DNA of 64,000 nt from Chloroflexota bacterium (GTDB taxonomy: Bacteria; Chloroflexota; Dehalococcoidia; Lucifugimonadales; UBA2985), in the NCBI GenBank assembly GCA_028877205.1, contig JAPPHY010000007.1:236766-300765 (forward strand), in the 5' to 3' direction. The position numbers were made by a program, and so were the translations under genes. Shown here in pieces: positions 36,015 through 46,061 of this stretch. The first letter of the stretch is position 1. The number at the start of each line of letters is the position of its first letter. Below the pieces are notes generated by a model. That model ran no database searches. It was not told the DNA's origin and saw nothing but the letters and a program-made list of their open reading frames with translations.

Positions 36015-37943
36015 CTAAGACGCATCTGGAACGTCAGGCTGGTCGTCGTAGTAGCGCGACGTGAAGAGCAGCCCGTCGTGGCGGATGGCCCACACATGAG
36101 CGTACAAGGTCTCCGAAGACCTGGTGTTGGGGAAGACGAAGCTGACCCAGAGGCCCTCCTCTGTGGCCGCTGCCATCTCCTCGCCAATCTTGCGGACGCG
36201 GCCGATTTCCTTCAAGTCGGTGCCTATCAGATGTGGAGTGAGGACGGCGACCTGCACAACGTCGTTCTCATCGGCCAGGGTCAGGTTCCACTGACCGTCA
36301 ACGCTCTCCTGGCTGTTGTAGTGGGCAATGGCGGCGTCCAGTCCGTTGGCCTGGTAGTACTCAATGGCCTGCTGCACGTACGCCTTGGTATGTGCCGCCG
36401 GGTCTTCGACCTGAACGTAGTAGCCGGAGGCAAAGAGCATTCCGTCACGGCGCACGGCGTAGCCCACCTTGGGGACCTCCTTCAGCGTCACCGGGTGCGG
36501 CCACAGGTACTCCACCCAGACGCCCTCCTCGGTTGCCTTAGCCAGCTCCTCGCCCAGCCTGTAACCGTCAGAGCCAACCACGTCCTTGATGTCTGTGCCT
36601 ATGAGCTGCGGCAGCAGAGGGTGGACGTGATAGACGTCGCTTTCGTCAGTGGCGAAGAGATACCATTCGCCCTCGAAGCTGGCGACGCTGTTGTAGTAGT
36701 TGAGCATGGATTCCAGGCCCTGGCTCTCGTAACGCTCTATGGCCTGGTTCACATACTGGACGGTGTACTCCCTTGGGTCGGCGTCACGCCAGGCCGGGGG
36801 GCCGGTCTCCGGCTCGCCGGCGTAGTAGCCGGAGGCAAAAATCAGCCCATCGTGGCGAATGGCCCAGGTGACCTTTTGCTGTTCCTTCCTGGAATCGGGA
36901 TGGGGCCACAGGTATTCCACCCACACGCCCTCCTCCGTGGCCAGGGCTATCTCTCTGCCCAGCTCCTGTCCGTCTGAGCCGACCACGTCCTTGATGTCGG
37001 TGCCGATGAGATGGGGGAAGATGGGATGGGCAAGATAGATGTCATCTTCGCCGATGAGGAACAGGTAGAACTGCCCGTCCAGGCTCTCCTGGCCGTTGTA
37101 GTGGGAGATGACAGAGTCGAGGCCGTCGGATTCGTACCTGTCTATGGCCTTGCCCACGTACTCCTGTACGGACACCGCAACGTCCTCCACCAAGGCAGAG
37201 TGGGCGGCGGAGAACACCAGGCCGTCGTGAAGGACCAGGAGGATTCGCCGTGGCTCTTCCTGTTTGGTGGCCGGGTTGACGCCCTGAGTTGTAATCCAGA
37301 AACCCTCCTCGGTGGCCGCGTCCAGCATCCCCGTGAAGCCGGAAAATGTCGAGCCTTGGCCAACGTACTGGCCTTGCAGAGCAGCAATGTTCCGGTATAC
37401 CAGCAATCTTCCTTCGGCTTCGTCCAGGAGAATCAGCGAACGCCCATTTTCAACGCTCGACTCAGACCTGTAGAACTCAACCGTGGCATCCAGTCCGTTC
37501 TCTCCGTAGTATTCTATTGCAGCCATTACGTAGGCCATGGTCAGGGCCTCGTCGTCCAGCGGAGCGCCGTCAGGAATAGGACCTTCACCAGTTAGCGCTG
37601 CGATCTCCTCCGGCGTCAGGCAGGCCATAAAGCTGAGCATCGTTGATCCGCTCAGGTTCTGCTCCGCGATGAACGCCTCAGCTACTGACGGGTCCTCCTC
37701 GAAGAGGTCCATCAAGCAGGCTTTGGTCTCGTCGCTCAGGCCGATAGCAGCCTCCTCGAGCATCTGCATGTAGGCGTTAAAGGCAGCGATCTCTGGGCTG
37801 ACGGTGGGCGTCGCCGTTGGCTGAGGGGTGGCCGTCGGCGTTGGCGTGGCTGTGGGCTCCGGTGTTGGAGTAGGGTCTTAGCTACAGGCAACTGCAAAGA
37901 GTGCAATGGAGGCCGCGAATAGAAGCAAGAACAATGCCTTCAC
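36015..37943 (-). pseudogene. Lipoprotein with four tandem sCache_2-like domains, interrupted by one in-frame TAA
   Basis: GTG 37943 encodes the signal peptide VKALFLLLFAASIALFAVAC-S. Next come TAA (37880-37878), a PT-rich linker and the 584-aa track ORF, all in one frame. There are four repeats of ...Y...AI..Y...G........YN...S.DG..YLF......D.....HP..P.LIGTD.KD..GSDG..LG.E.A.ATEEGVWVEYLWPHP......K...A.RHDGL.FASGYY. Confidence 0.6.
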
Positions 37944-38117
37944 GCCTGCTGGTACCCGTCGGTGCTTTAGTCCTGTCCTATTCGCCTGCGTTTTGCTCTC
38001 TCGCTCAGTTCGCAAAGTTGCCCCTCTCTAGAACGAATTACCAATATATCATATCATTACTGTCTACCATTGGGTGTGCGCAATGTCTCAGATAGCATTG
38101 AGATTAGGTATTAGCTA

Positions 38118-39854
38118 ATGTTCCGAAAGTCCCAGGGCAGACACGAGATTCAGTACGAGCCGGATGAGAAGTGTCCGCCGCTTCTGTCGATATCCGCGGC
38201 CCTGCAGATTTTCATTCCCAACACCATCGGCCTGGTCATGCTGGCGGCGCTGGTGGTGCGGGCATCCGGAGAGTCGGAAGCCTATCTGTCATGGGTGACG
38301 TTTACCGCACTGGCAGTCACCGGAGCCAGTATGATCCTGCAAGCCATCAGGCTGCGGCATTGGGGCTCGGGTCGCCTCATAGTAGCGAACTTCAACGTCC
38401 CGTTCTTGGCGATCTGCGCCTTGGCTCTCCATGTCGGTGGGCCCGGTATGCTGGCCAGTCTGGTGGTGGTTTCCACCCTGATTCAGTCTGCTTTGACCCT
38501 GCGCCTTGCCACTCTTCGCCGTATTTTCACTCAGACGGTGAGCGGAGTAGTGGTCATGCTGGTGGCGGTTTCGGCCGTGCCCTTCATCATCAGCAGGGCG
38601 GTTATTCCGCCGGAAGGACAATCTGTGGTGGTCTTCCTGGCGCCGGGAATGGCTGCTCTGGCCGCCGGAGTCCTGATGTCCCTGCAGGACGCACAGGTCT
38701 GGCGTATGTGGATCCTGCCGATCACCGTGGCCGTCGGGCTGGTTGTTGCCGTGCCTCTGGGCTTCTACGACACCGGCGCAATAACTGACGCTCCGTGGCT
38801 GCGCCTGCCGGATTATGGCTGGCCGGGGCTGGACCTGACCCTCAGCGCAGACTTTTGGACCCTGCTTCCGGTCTTTGTGTTCGTGCATCTCACCGCCTTC
38901 ATGAAGGCGGTGGGAGACCTGTCGGTGATCTACCGTGCCTCTTACCGGAGCCAGACGGCCGTCGACTTCCGCACGGTACAGGGGGGCTTGAACGTGTACG
39001 GGGTAGGCACCCTTCTTTCCGGCCTCCTGGGAACCCTGCCTGTGGCCGCGCCCTGGGCTACAACTGTGGTCTACTATGGCTTTACCGGGGTCGCCGCCAA
39101 GAGCGTGGGGATATTCCTGGGAGCGTTGACCATACTGGTCGCCTCCTTCTCCAAGTTGCTTGCCGTACTGGTCGCCATTCCCAGTCCAGTGGTTAGCGCA
39201 GTGTACATCATCATTTTCGGCATGCTTTTCGTCGAGGGTGCGAAGACGGTGTTTACAGGCCAGGTTGACCAGAAGAAAGCTACCATCACAGGCGTCTCAA
39301 TGGTCTTGGGCCTGTCCGCAGGGATACTCAGTGGATTCTTCGAAGGGATCACCAGTCATGTGGTGGGCAATTCCATTGTCGTCGGCGGTATGGCGGCCAT
39401 AGTGATGACCGTGTTCACCGAACTATCGGGCATTCGCGCCAGGAAGCTAAGGGTCGATTTATCCCAGTCTTCCCTGCCTGCCGTTGACGATTTTCTCTGC
39501 CAGTTCGCCGACGGACACAATTGGACGGAAGAAGGGAGAGACCGGCTCCGTCTGGTAGGCGAAGAGGTCATGCTGAGCCTGTTCAATGAAGAGACCGACG
39601 GTCCGGTCGAGCAGAAGCGCAGGTTGGTTGCCACCATCCGTCCTGACGGCGGATCGGCCGAGCTGGAAATCGTGGTCGCTTCGGACGACGCCATCCAGGG
39701 CAACATCGAGAATCGCATGGCGTATCTTGGGCATGACCAGGCGATGGAAGACGAACAGCAACTGTCCGTTCGCATCCTGCGCCACTACGCCTCATCGGTA
39801 CACCACCGCAAATACTACGGCGTGGACATCATCAGTTGCCGCGTGGACAAGTAG
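38118..39854 (+). CDS. Polytopic permease (NCS2/xanthine-uracil-permease-like?) with ~150-aa cytoplasmic C-terminal domain
   Basis: About 12 hydrophobic segments. Family assignment is tentative and based only on overall resemblance. Confidence 0.45.
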   Translation: MFRKSQGRHEIQYEPDEKCPPLLSISAALQIFIPNTIGLVMLAALVVRASGESEAYLSWVTFTALAVTGASMILQAIRLRHWGSGRLIVANFNVPFLAICALALHVGGPGMLASLVVVSTLIQSALTLRLATLRRIFTQTVSGVVVMLVAVSAVPFIISRAVIPPEGQSVVVFLAPGMAALAAGVLMSLQDAQVWRMWILPITVAVGLVVAVPLGFYDTGAITDAPWLRLPDYGWPGLDLTLSADFWTLLPVFVFVHLTAFMKAVGDLSVIYRASYRSQTAVDFRTVQGGLNVYGVGTLLSGLLGTLPVAAPWATTVVYYGFTGVAAKSVGIFLGALTILVASFSKLLAVLVAIPSPVVSAVYIIIFGMLFVEGAKTVFTGQVDQKKATITGVSMVLGLSAGILSGFFEGITSHVVGNSIVVGGMAAIVMTVFTELSGIRARKLRVDLSQSSLPAVDDFLCQFADGHNWTEEGRDRLRLVGEEVMLSLFNEETDGPVEQKRRLVATIRPDGGSAELEIVVASDDAIQGNIENRMAYLGHDQAMEDEQQLSVRILRHYASSVHHRKYYGVDIISCRVDK

Positions 39855-39973
39855 CGGGGCAGGATCACTGGTAGTAGTCAAGCGGGAGCGCTAATGGGTG
39901 TCTCACTGAGACGGCTCCTCGCATCCGTCGTTGTGGGCAAGCCGCCGCCAATGCTAACCGCACCCACGGCCGC

Positions 39974-41710
39974 CTAGAACAGCGCTTCGAGGTTCTCCCG
40001 GAGGTTCCGCCACCAGTCTCGGTCAGATCCACGGTCCGGTATGAAATGGACCCAATATGTCCCGTCTTCCTCCACAATGAGCCGCCCGGCAATGGTCACC
40101 ACGCGGTCCGCGGCGATTGTCTGAAAGAGGTCTGTCGGTACGCGTACGCTCACCTGCTGTACGTACTCGTCCCGGTCCATCTCAATCAGCAACTCGTTGG
40201 CGTCTTGAAACACGACTGCGCCTCTGACGCTCACGCAATTATCGCGGAACAGGTCGCCGGCCACCGCAATCTGCGCGGGTGTCGGGATAGGGAGAGAGTC
40301 GAGGTGACACGGTTTTTCGCGCGGCGAGAGCACATCCAAGCTGAACAACACTACCAAGACCAGCGCCCCTATGACTACCAGGCCAACCACCCCCATGAAG
40401 CACCCGCGGAGGCATCCGCCGCCCTTCTTCTCCTCAACCGCCCTCTCCCACCTTTGCGGCTGGTACTCCGCAGACGACATTCCCGCTGTGGCTGCCGGAG
40501 GGCTTCCCTGCGTCTCCGGCTCGCTGGGAATCATTTCAAACTGGGCGGTGGGCTCGCTGTGCGCGAATTGCTCCGGCTGCTCGGCCTCCGGCGACTCCTG
40601 GTCGAGCTGATCGAGCTCTTGGAGCAGCCGGAGCTCCTCTTCATAACCGTGCTGCGCGGCCGCCTTGGCCGCATCGTCCGACCTCCCGGTCAGCCACCAC
40701 TCCGGCGCGTGCATGAAGGCGCGATAGGCCGCGTCCAGGTCGGCGCCCCTTAGAGCGGATGCGCTGCCGGACCCGAACCAAGGCGGAGCCTCGGCCGTAA
40801 CGTCGAGCCACGGCTGGGCCACGTTGAACGCGACGGCGTAGGGCAGCATGGGATCCGACTGGTCCCGAGCGCCCGTATGTTCAGTGCCTGTCAAGGAGTC
40901 TTTCAGGCCAAGCCACTGACCTATCTCAAGCACGCCCGCCTGTGTCGGCGTCAGCATGCCGGTCATCGCCCCTGACGGCATTGCAAGAAACGAGTACACG
41001 AAACCCGCAACCACGCCGATCAGGACGTTCGCCCACCACTGGTCCAGCCATAGAGCCGCCCAGAGCCCAATGCCGGCGCCCGTCAGGATGGAAGCGACCA
41101 GCCACCAATCGCTTCCGTCGTCGGACTTTTGCCTCCTGACCCGCACCGGATTGTCATGGAACAGACCGCGCTGCTGCAGGTAGTCCCCAATCTGGTCGCC
41201 GATGGCGTCCTCGCGCTCATTCATCGCTTCGCGGAGCGCGTCAACCGTAGAGGGGCGCGGCGGCAGGCTGTCGCATATCGTTTGCTCCCAGGCATAGTGC
41301 GTGAGACCCTGTCGGGTAAGCCGAAACAGAAGGCCGACTCTTGTTCCAAGAGCCTCGATCCGCAGTGTGCCGCGCTGGCACATCTCGATGATGGAGGCCA
41401 GCAGCGTTTGGCTCCCTATCGCGTGGCCTTGCAGCGCAGATACCGCAGCCGCGGGCATTGAACCGGGCTGCATGGTTCCGGAGTACCATTGGCTAGCCTC
41501 TGGGGGCCGGTACTTGGGCCATAGCCACAGCACGATGGTGAGCAGCTGTGCCAGGACTACACCTATGGTGCGGAAGACCCAGAATGCCCGCTGCTTCCAG
41601 TCCATCTCCTGGAAGTCGGGAAAGCCGCTTTCGGCGATCGCCCCGGCGGGGTCGATAGCGAACAGTACCCCGATTGTGACAAGGACCGCCACCGCTACCA
41701 GCAGACTCAC
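39974..41710 (-). CDS. Membrane protein, DUF2207-C-terminal-like
   Basis: It has several TMs. The segment ...PPEAS....MQPGSMPAAAVSALQGHAIGSQTLLASIIEMCQRGTLRIE... resembles the DUF2207 membrane-proximal region. GTG start. Confidence 0.4.
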   Translation of the reverse strand: MSLLVAVAVLVTIGVLFAIDPAGAIAESGFPDFQEMDWKQRAFWVFRTIGVVLAQLLTIVLWLWPKYRPPEASQWYSGTMQPGSMPAAAVSALQGHAIGSQTLLASIIEMCQRGTLRIEALGTRVGLLFRLTRQGLTHYAWEQTICDSLPPRPSTVDALREAMNEREDAIGDQIGDYLQQRGLFHDNPVRVRRQKSDDGSDWWLVASILTGAGIGLWAALWLDQWWANVLIGVVAGFVYSFLAMPSGAMTGMLTPTQAGVLEIGQWLGLKDSLTGTEHTGARDQSDPMLPYAVAFNVAQPWLDVTAEAPPWFGSGSASALRGADLDAAYRAFMHAPEWWLTGRSDDAAKAAAQHGYEEELRLLQELDQLDQESPEAEQPEQFAHSEPTAQFEMIPSEPETQGSPPAATAGMSSAEYQPQRWERAVEEKKGGGCLRGCFMGVVGLVVIGALVLVVLFSLDVLSPREKPCHLDSLPIPTPAQIAVAGDLFRDNCVSVRGAVVFQDANELLIEMDRDEYVQQVSVRVPTDLFQTIAADRVVTIAGRLIVEEDGTYWVHFIPDRGSDRDWWRNLRENLEALF

Positions 41711-42001
41711 AGTCGGTTACCTTCTTTCCCGGGTAGTACTGCCTGACTTGAATTCGCCGTACAGCCGTCCTTCACACCACTAAAGGGAGGGCAGCTGTCG
41801 CCTGGTGATACCCGCGCCCAGCCACGTCGGCGGCGACTACGATCACCTTGGCCGGCTTGCATCTCACAGTACGGGCCAGGGCATCGCAGCCTTTCCTGAC
41901 CGGAGTGACCATACCCCATATTTGCACCTGCCACGGAGAGTGCGCAGTGCAGTCCTCTCCAGCGACGCCATCGCTTCCGATAGGTACCGTTCTCTGCTGA
42001 T

Positions 42002-42067
42002 AGTTATAACAGATTATACCATTTCTGTCGATTAGTGACACATAGGTTACACATCCGGTGGTAAAGT
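42002..42067 (+). promoter_or_regulatory. GTTACAC-box promoter module S3 (orphan, no downstream gene)
   Basis: GTGACAC at 42035, GTTACAC at 42046, TAAAGT 42062-42067 (TG at 42059-42060). It has the same spacing as S1/S2/S4. Confidence 0.5.
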
Positions 42068-42323
42068 TGATTATGAGTATGCCCGCAAAATGGGAAGTTC
42101 GCGCTTAGCCCTCGTACAGCAAAAACCTGAACCTATTTTGACGATAGCCAGAAACATCTTTGAAACGCGGCTGGGCAGTTTGTGAGTCAACAGAGCCGGG
42201 TGCTACGAGGTCGACAGCGGGAACCCCGCGACTCTAGAGGAGAGCTGAGGCAGCTGAGCCGCAAGGCGTCTCCAACAAACGACGCGACACATTCCGTGCC
42301 GGATGGCGCCGCCGCTCTTATGC

Positions 42324-44759
42324 CTAAGTCGTGAAGTCGAGCTCGTCCCACTGGCGCATCAGCATGGAGCGCAGCCTCATGTTCTGGTACGCACCCCAGA
42401 CCGTCATCGCGGGCGGGACCAGCACGACGGAGACAAGCAGCGAGTACGCGATGGTGATCGCGGCCGTAATGCCGAACTGCTGGGACGCAGCCAGCGGCGA
42501 GGCCGCCAGCACACCGATACCGAGAGCCGTTGTGAGCGCGGAGCCGAGCAGCGCTGAGCCGGTCCTCACAAGTGTCTGGACAGCCGCCGCCTCCGGGTTG
42601 CGCAGGCGCGTGAACTCCTCCCGGTAGCGATGGATCATGTGGATGGTGTAGTCAACGCCGATCCCGATGGAGAGCGCCGTTATGATCGACGTGATGATGG
42701 TGTAGGGGATGTCCAGCAACGCCATCGTGCCCAGCACAGAGATGAGGACCAGCACGGTCGGCGCAACCGCCACGAACGCCAGCACCGGCTGTCGCACGGT
42801 CAGCCAGAAGAAGAAGGCAAGCACGACAACCGCCACGAATACGGTCGTGGTTATGGACTCCGTCTGCCGGTCCCTGATCTCATCGGTAACCGCGAACGAG
42901 ACGATGCTATCGGAAGTAGCCGTGATGGTGCCGTCGTCACCGAGCCAGAGCTCCTCGACATCGGCCTGAAGGTTCCTGGATGCTGCCGGATCGCCGGTGT
43001 AGGCCGCGAACTGCACCAGGATAGTGTCCATGCCGGTCGGATCGTTGACCAGCGCGTGCGAGAGGGCCGGGTCTCTGGTTGCAATCTCATCGATCAGCTC
43101 CTGCATGAGCGCCTGGTCCAGACGCACCTCAGCGGTGGCTTCCGCGTAGAGTGCTGCGAGCTCAGGATCGTACTTGTCGCCGGGCATTCCGTTGTCGGTG
43201 ACCCAGTCGTAGACGAGCAGCTCGTACGACGTCAGAATTGGCCCTGCTACCGCCGGTGGGCGGTGCGCTTCGTCCTGGAAGGCGACTCTGAGGCCCTGCA
43301 GGTTGAGCAGGGTGCGAGTCTCCGTGGCCTCCGCCTTTATGATCAGATTCGTGTTCTCCGTCGAGCCGCCGACGGCCGTGTCCAGGGTGTCCATGTCCTG
43401 CAGCACACTGCCGCCCCTGGGCAGAAGGTCGCGGATGCTGAACTCCGACTTGATGTCGGTGGCGGCATACCCAAGCCCGGCCGTAACCGCAAGCACGGCG
43501 ATGATGTACGGAGCGGGCCTGTGGGTGACCTGCCTCCCAAGGAACTCCGCCACGCGTTCCATTCCGGGCAACGCGCCGGAGATCGGACGGGCCGGTCGCA
43601 GCGTGCCGCGTGACTCACGCCGCCGGTCGATGATCGTCCGACCGGCCGGAATCAGCGTCAGCATCACTATCAGGCTCATCCCCACGCCCATGCCGGCGAT
43701 GATTCCGAAGTCGCCCACAATGTCGACCGGGGAGAACAGGTTGGCCAGCAGGCTCACGATGGTAGTCACGGCAGCCAGCATCAGGGGAATGACGACGTTT
43801 CGCAGCCCCGTCTGGACGGCGTCCGCCACCTGCGCGCCCTCGGCGCGCTGCTCCCGGTAGTGCGAGACCGCCTGGATCGCATAGTCCACAGTCAGGCCGA
43901 TTACGATGATGGGCACCATGGATGTCAGCGTGTTCGGTGGGCCTGTCAGGCCCAATCCCCTCGGCCCCACCCAGCCCTCCGCGCCCATAATCCAGACCAG
44001 CGACACTACCAGGCCCGCAAGCGTCAGGAAGAGGTCTGTCAGCGTGCGCATGAATAGCAGGATAAGGCCTGCGATGAGTAGCAACGCCAACCCGATGAGA
44101 GGCCCCATCCCGTTTTCCGTGGCCTCACGGGACTCGTCCTCGAGCACCGTATACGAAATGGTGCTGACGGCCAACGGGCCATCGTCGCTCTTCGCCAGCG
44201 CATCGACTCTCCGCTCGGCCTCCTGAACCTGCTCGTCACCGGTGTCACGCAGGCTGACTGAGGCGACGGCGACCTTCGTGCCGTCCGAGTCGGTTCCCGT
44301 GAACGCGTCGAGCGCGGCGAGGAGCTGCGGCGGGCCGCGGAGACCGTCAATATCGGCCTGGGTGACTGAGTCGAAGCTCTCCACCTGGAGCAGGGCCATG
44401 ACCAGCAGCGAAGGCGCAAAGATCGGATCCGCGGGCGCAAGGAGCTCTCCAACGCCCGGCTCGCTGACGATGTCGCCAAGCAGCGCGTTCATCTGCGCGA
44501 GGCCGTCCGGCGTGAGGGCATCGCCGCGGAAGAGCAGCGTCACAACCCTTACGTCGCCCGATTCGCCGAACAGCTCCTCTATCTCCGCCAGTGCCTCAGC
44601 AACTGGGTTCCCGTCGGGCAGTGTTGCAGCGAGCTCAGGGGGAGGCTCACGCAGGGACGCGCCGGAGGCGAACAGGACGGTAAGGGCAAGGAGGACGGCA
44701 AGAGTGACCCACGGGCGTACCGTGACCAGCCGGCTCAGTTTGCCAAGAATATCGCTCAT
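42324..44759 (-). CDS. MMPL/RND-superfamily exporter
   Basis: 811 aa with a 2 x (TM + large loop + 5 TM) architecture and typical MMPL TM blocks. Confidence 0.8.
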   Translation of the reverse strand: MSDILGKLSRLVTVRPWVTLAVLLALTVLFASGASLREPPPELAATLPDGNPVAEALAEIEELFGESGDVRVVTLLFRGDALTPDGLAQMNALLGDIVSEPGVGELLAPADPIFAPSLLVMALLQVESFDSVTQADIDGLRGPPQLLAALDAFTGTDSDGTKVAVASVSLRDTGDEQVQEAERRVDALAKSDDGPLAVSTISYTVLEDESREATENGMGPLIGLALLLIAGLILLFMRTLTDLFLTLAGLVVSLVWIMGAEGWVGPRGLGLTGPPNTLTSMVPIIVIGLTVDYAIQAVSHYREQRAEGAQVADAVQTGLRNVVIPLMLAAVTTIVSLLANLFSPVDIVGDFGIIAGMGVGMSLIVMLTLIPAGRTIIDRRRESRGTLRPARPISGALPGMERVAEFLGRQVTHRPAPYIIAVLAVTAGLGYAATDIKSEFSIRDLLPRGGSVLQDMDTLDTAVGGSTENTNLIIKAEATETRTLLNLQGLRVAFQDEAHRPPAVAGPILTSYELLVYDWVTDNGMPGDKYDPELAALYAEATAEVRLDQALMQELIDEIATRDPALSHALVNDPTGMDTILVQFAAYTGDPAASRNLQADVEELWLGDDGTITATSDSIVSFAVTDEIRDRQTESITTTVFVAVVVLAFFFWLTVRQPVLAFVAVAPTVLVLISVLGTMALLDIPYTIITSIITALSIGIGVDYTIHMIHRYREEFTRLRNPEAAAVQTLVRTGSALLGSALTTALGIGVLAASPLAASQQFGITAAITIAYSLLVSVVLVPPAMTVWGAYQNMRLRSMLMRQWDELDFTT

Positions 44760-45090
44760 GGTTCACACCACGCTTGAGGACCCCGTAGCAGCCGTAGGCC
44801 GGGGAAGGTGGCCCACTCTTTTTTCCCCTCGCCCATGCGTCCAATCCGGCAGGGGGTGTCGCACGTCACCCATACTACCATACCCGATAGATCTACCGGG
44901 CCGTTTGTATGCCGCGCAACGCGGTCAAGGCGTTTCCGCCTGCTGGCTTCACCGCTGCGCTCGTCGTTCGAATTGAAGGATTCGCTTGTTGACCATTACG
45001 TCAAAGTGCTATGCTTCGCCCCGCAGGACATGGCGTTTCCTGAGGATTCTCCGACGGCGGCGCCAAACCATTCTGGCATAGGGGGCAGAA

Positions 45091-45816
45091 ATGGCAATCA
45101 GATACGCGGGTCTTGCATTGATGGTCGGTGTGTTGCTCTCCTTTGTGGTTCCGCTCTTCGTACCGGGGTACACGCTCATAAACGCGGTGGACCAGACGGA
45201 CTTCCGCGCCGCGCGCGACGCCTTGGGAGATATGCCGGTACTGGCGCAGTGGACTACATTCTTCACGCTCATCTCGCTGGTGCTGATGATCTTCGGGTTC
45301 GTGGGCCTATGGCCCCTGGCGAGCAGGCAGGACGGGCTGGGCGGCAAGCTCCTTCAGTTCGGCATAATCGCCACCATCATCGAGTGGAGCATCCTCTTCC
45401 TTTCGCAGGGCATAAAGCACTTTGAGATCCACCTGATGCAGCGAAGCAACATGGAAGCCGAGGGGTCGGCACTGGCGGCCGAGTTCGAGGCGGCAGCCCT
45501 GGCTTTGCACATGGACGTTACGGGAGTCTCCCTGGCATTCGTGGCGCTGGCGCCTATTGCGTCCAGCATGTTCGGTCTTGGGCTGGCCCAGCGATTCGTC
45601 TCGATGGACCTACTGAAGGCTGCGTGCTACGTCCTGCCGGCAGGCGGGCTGATCGGGCTGCTCAACTTCATGTTCGCAATGAACGCTCCCGGCGTGGGCA
45701 TCCAGTCTCTTCTCCTGGTGAACACCCTGGTCCTGTATATACAGGGTGTCTGCCTGATCATCGTGGGACTTGGCATGTTCCAGGAGCGGAGGGAGCTCTC
45801 CGAAGAGACGTACTAG
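45091..45816 (+). CDS. Multi-pass membrane protein, paralogue family member 3
   Basis: It is the closest paralogue of 24588-25313. DNA-level similarity is already visible around the start codon. Confidence 0.7.
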   Translation: MAIRYAGLALMVGVLLSFVVPLFVPGYTLINAVDQTDFRAARDALGDMPVLAQWTTFFTLISLVLMIFGFVGLWPLASRQDGLGGKLLQFGIIATIIEWSILFLSQGIKHFEIHLMQRSNMEAEGSALAAEFEAAALALHMDVTGVSLAFVALAPIASSMFGLGLAQRFVSMDLLKAACYVLPAGGLIGLLNFMFAMNAPGVGIQSLLLVNTLVLYIQGVCLIIVGLGMFQERRELSEETY

Positions 45817-45853
45817 CGGAGCGAACGCAGGCTGGTCCGCATCGGAGTCGTCA

Positions 45854-45888
45854 GAGGGGGTTGCCCCATTTCGCCGGGCAACCCCCTC
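45854..45888 (+). terminator. Perfect 13-bp GC-rich hairpin downstream of 45091-45816
   Basis: gagggggttgccc - 9 nt - gggcaaccccctc. There is no U-tract, so terminator function is uncertain. Confidence 0.4.
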
Positions 45889-46061
45889 CGCATCTGCGAA
45901 GGCCTTTCTCAGATGAGGGAGTCCCGACCCGGCCGAAGCCGCTGCGGGCCTAATGCTGTGAGGTGGTCACGGCGCCTGCTGCGACCCTTAGGGACGTCTG
46001 GTCGTCCTGCAAGGGGAGGGACAATGCGCCATACCGACGCCGCACTAGAATACACCGCCAA

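Noticed and set aside
35559-36977. 472-aa plus-strand ORF
   Set aside because: It overlaps the tRNA-like relic and runs antisense to the Cache-repeat gene. No motifs are present. Other long antisense ORFs fall in the same class (18122-19441, 20605-22005, 45909-46934, 16570-17502).
37944-38117. A/T-rich leader upstream of the permease, compared with a purine riboswitch because the gene looks NCS2-like
   Set aside because: Only a short tctacc match to the J2/3 region was found. No P2/L2 or P1 pairing could be drawn, so no riboswitch is claimed.
41772-42041. Minus-strand 89-aa ORF with ...GSDGVAGEDCTAHSPWQVQIWG..., vaguely RCC1-blade-like, next to promoter module S3
   Set aside because: Its orientation is opposite to the promoter, only one weak blade-like stretch is present, and there is no repeat structure. 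It is treated as non-coding.
44800-45090. Possible tRNA relic upstream of membrane paralogue 3 (tcgttcgaattgaagg resembles a T-loop)
   Set aside because: Only a ~10-nt resemblance was found, and no acceptor or anticodon arm could be drawn.
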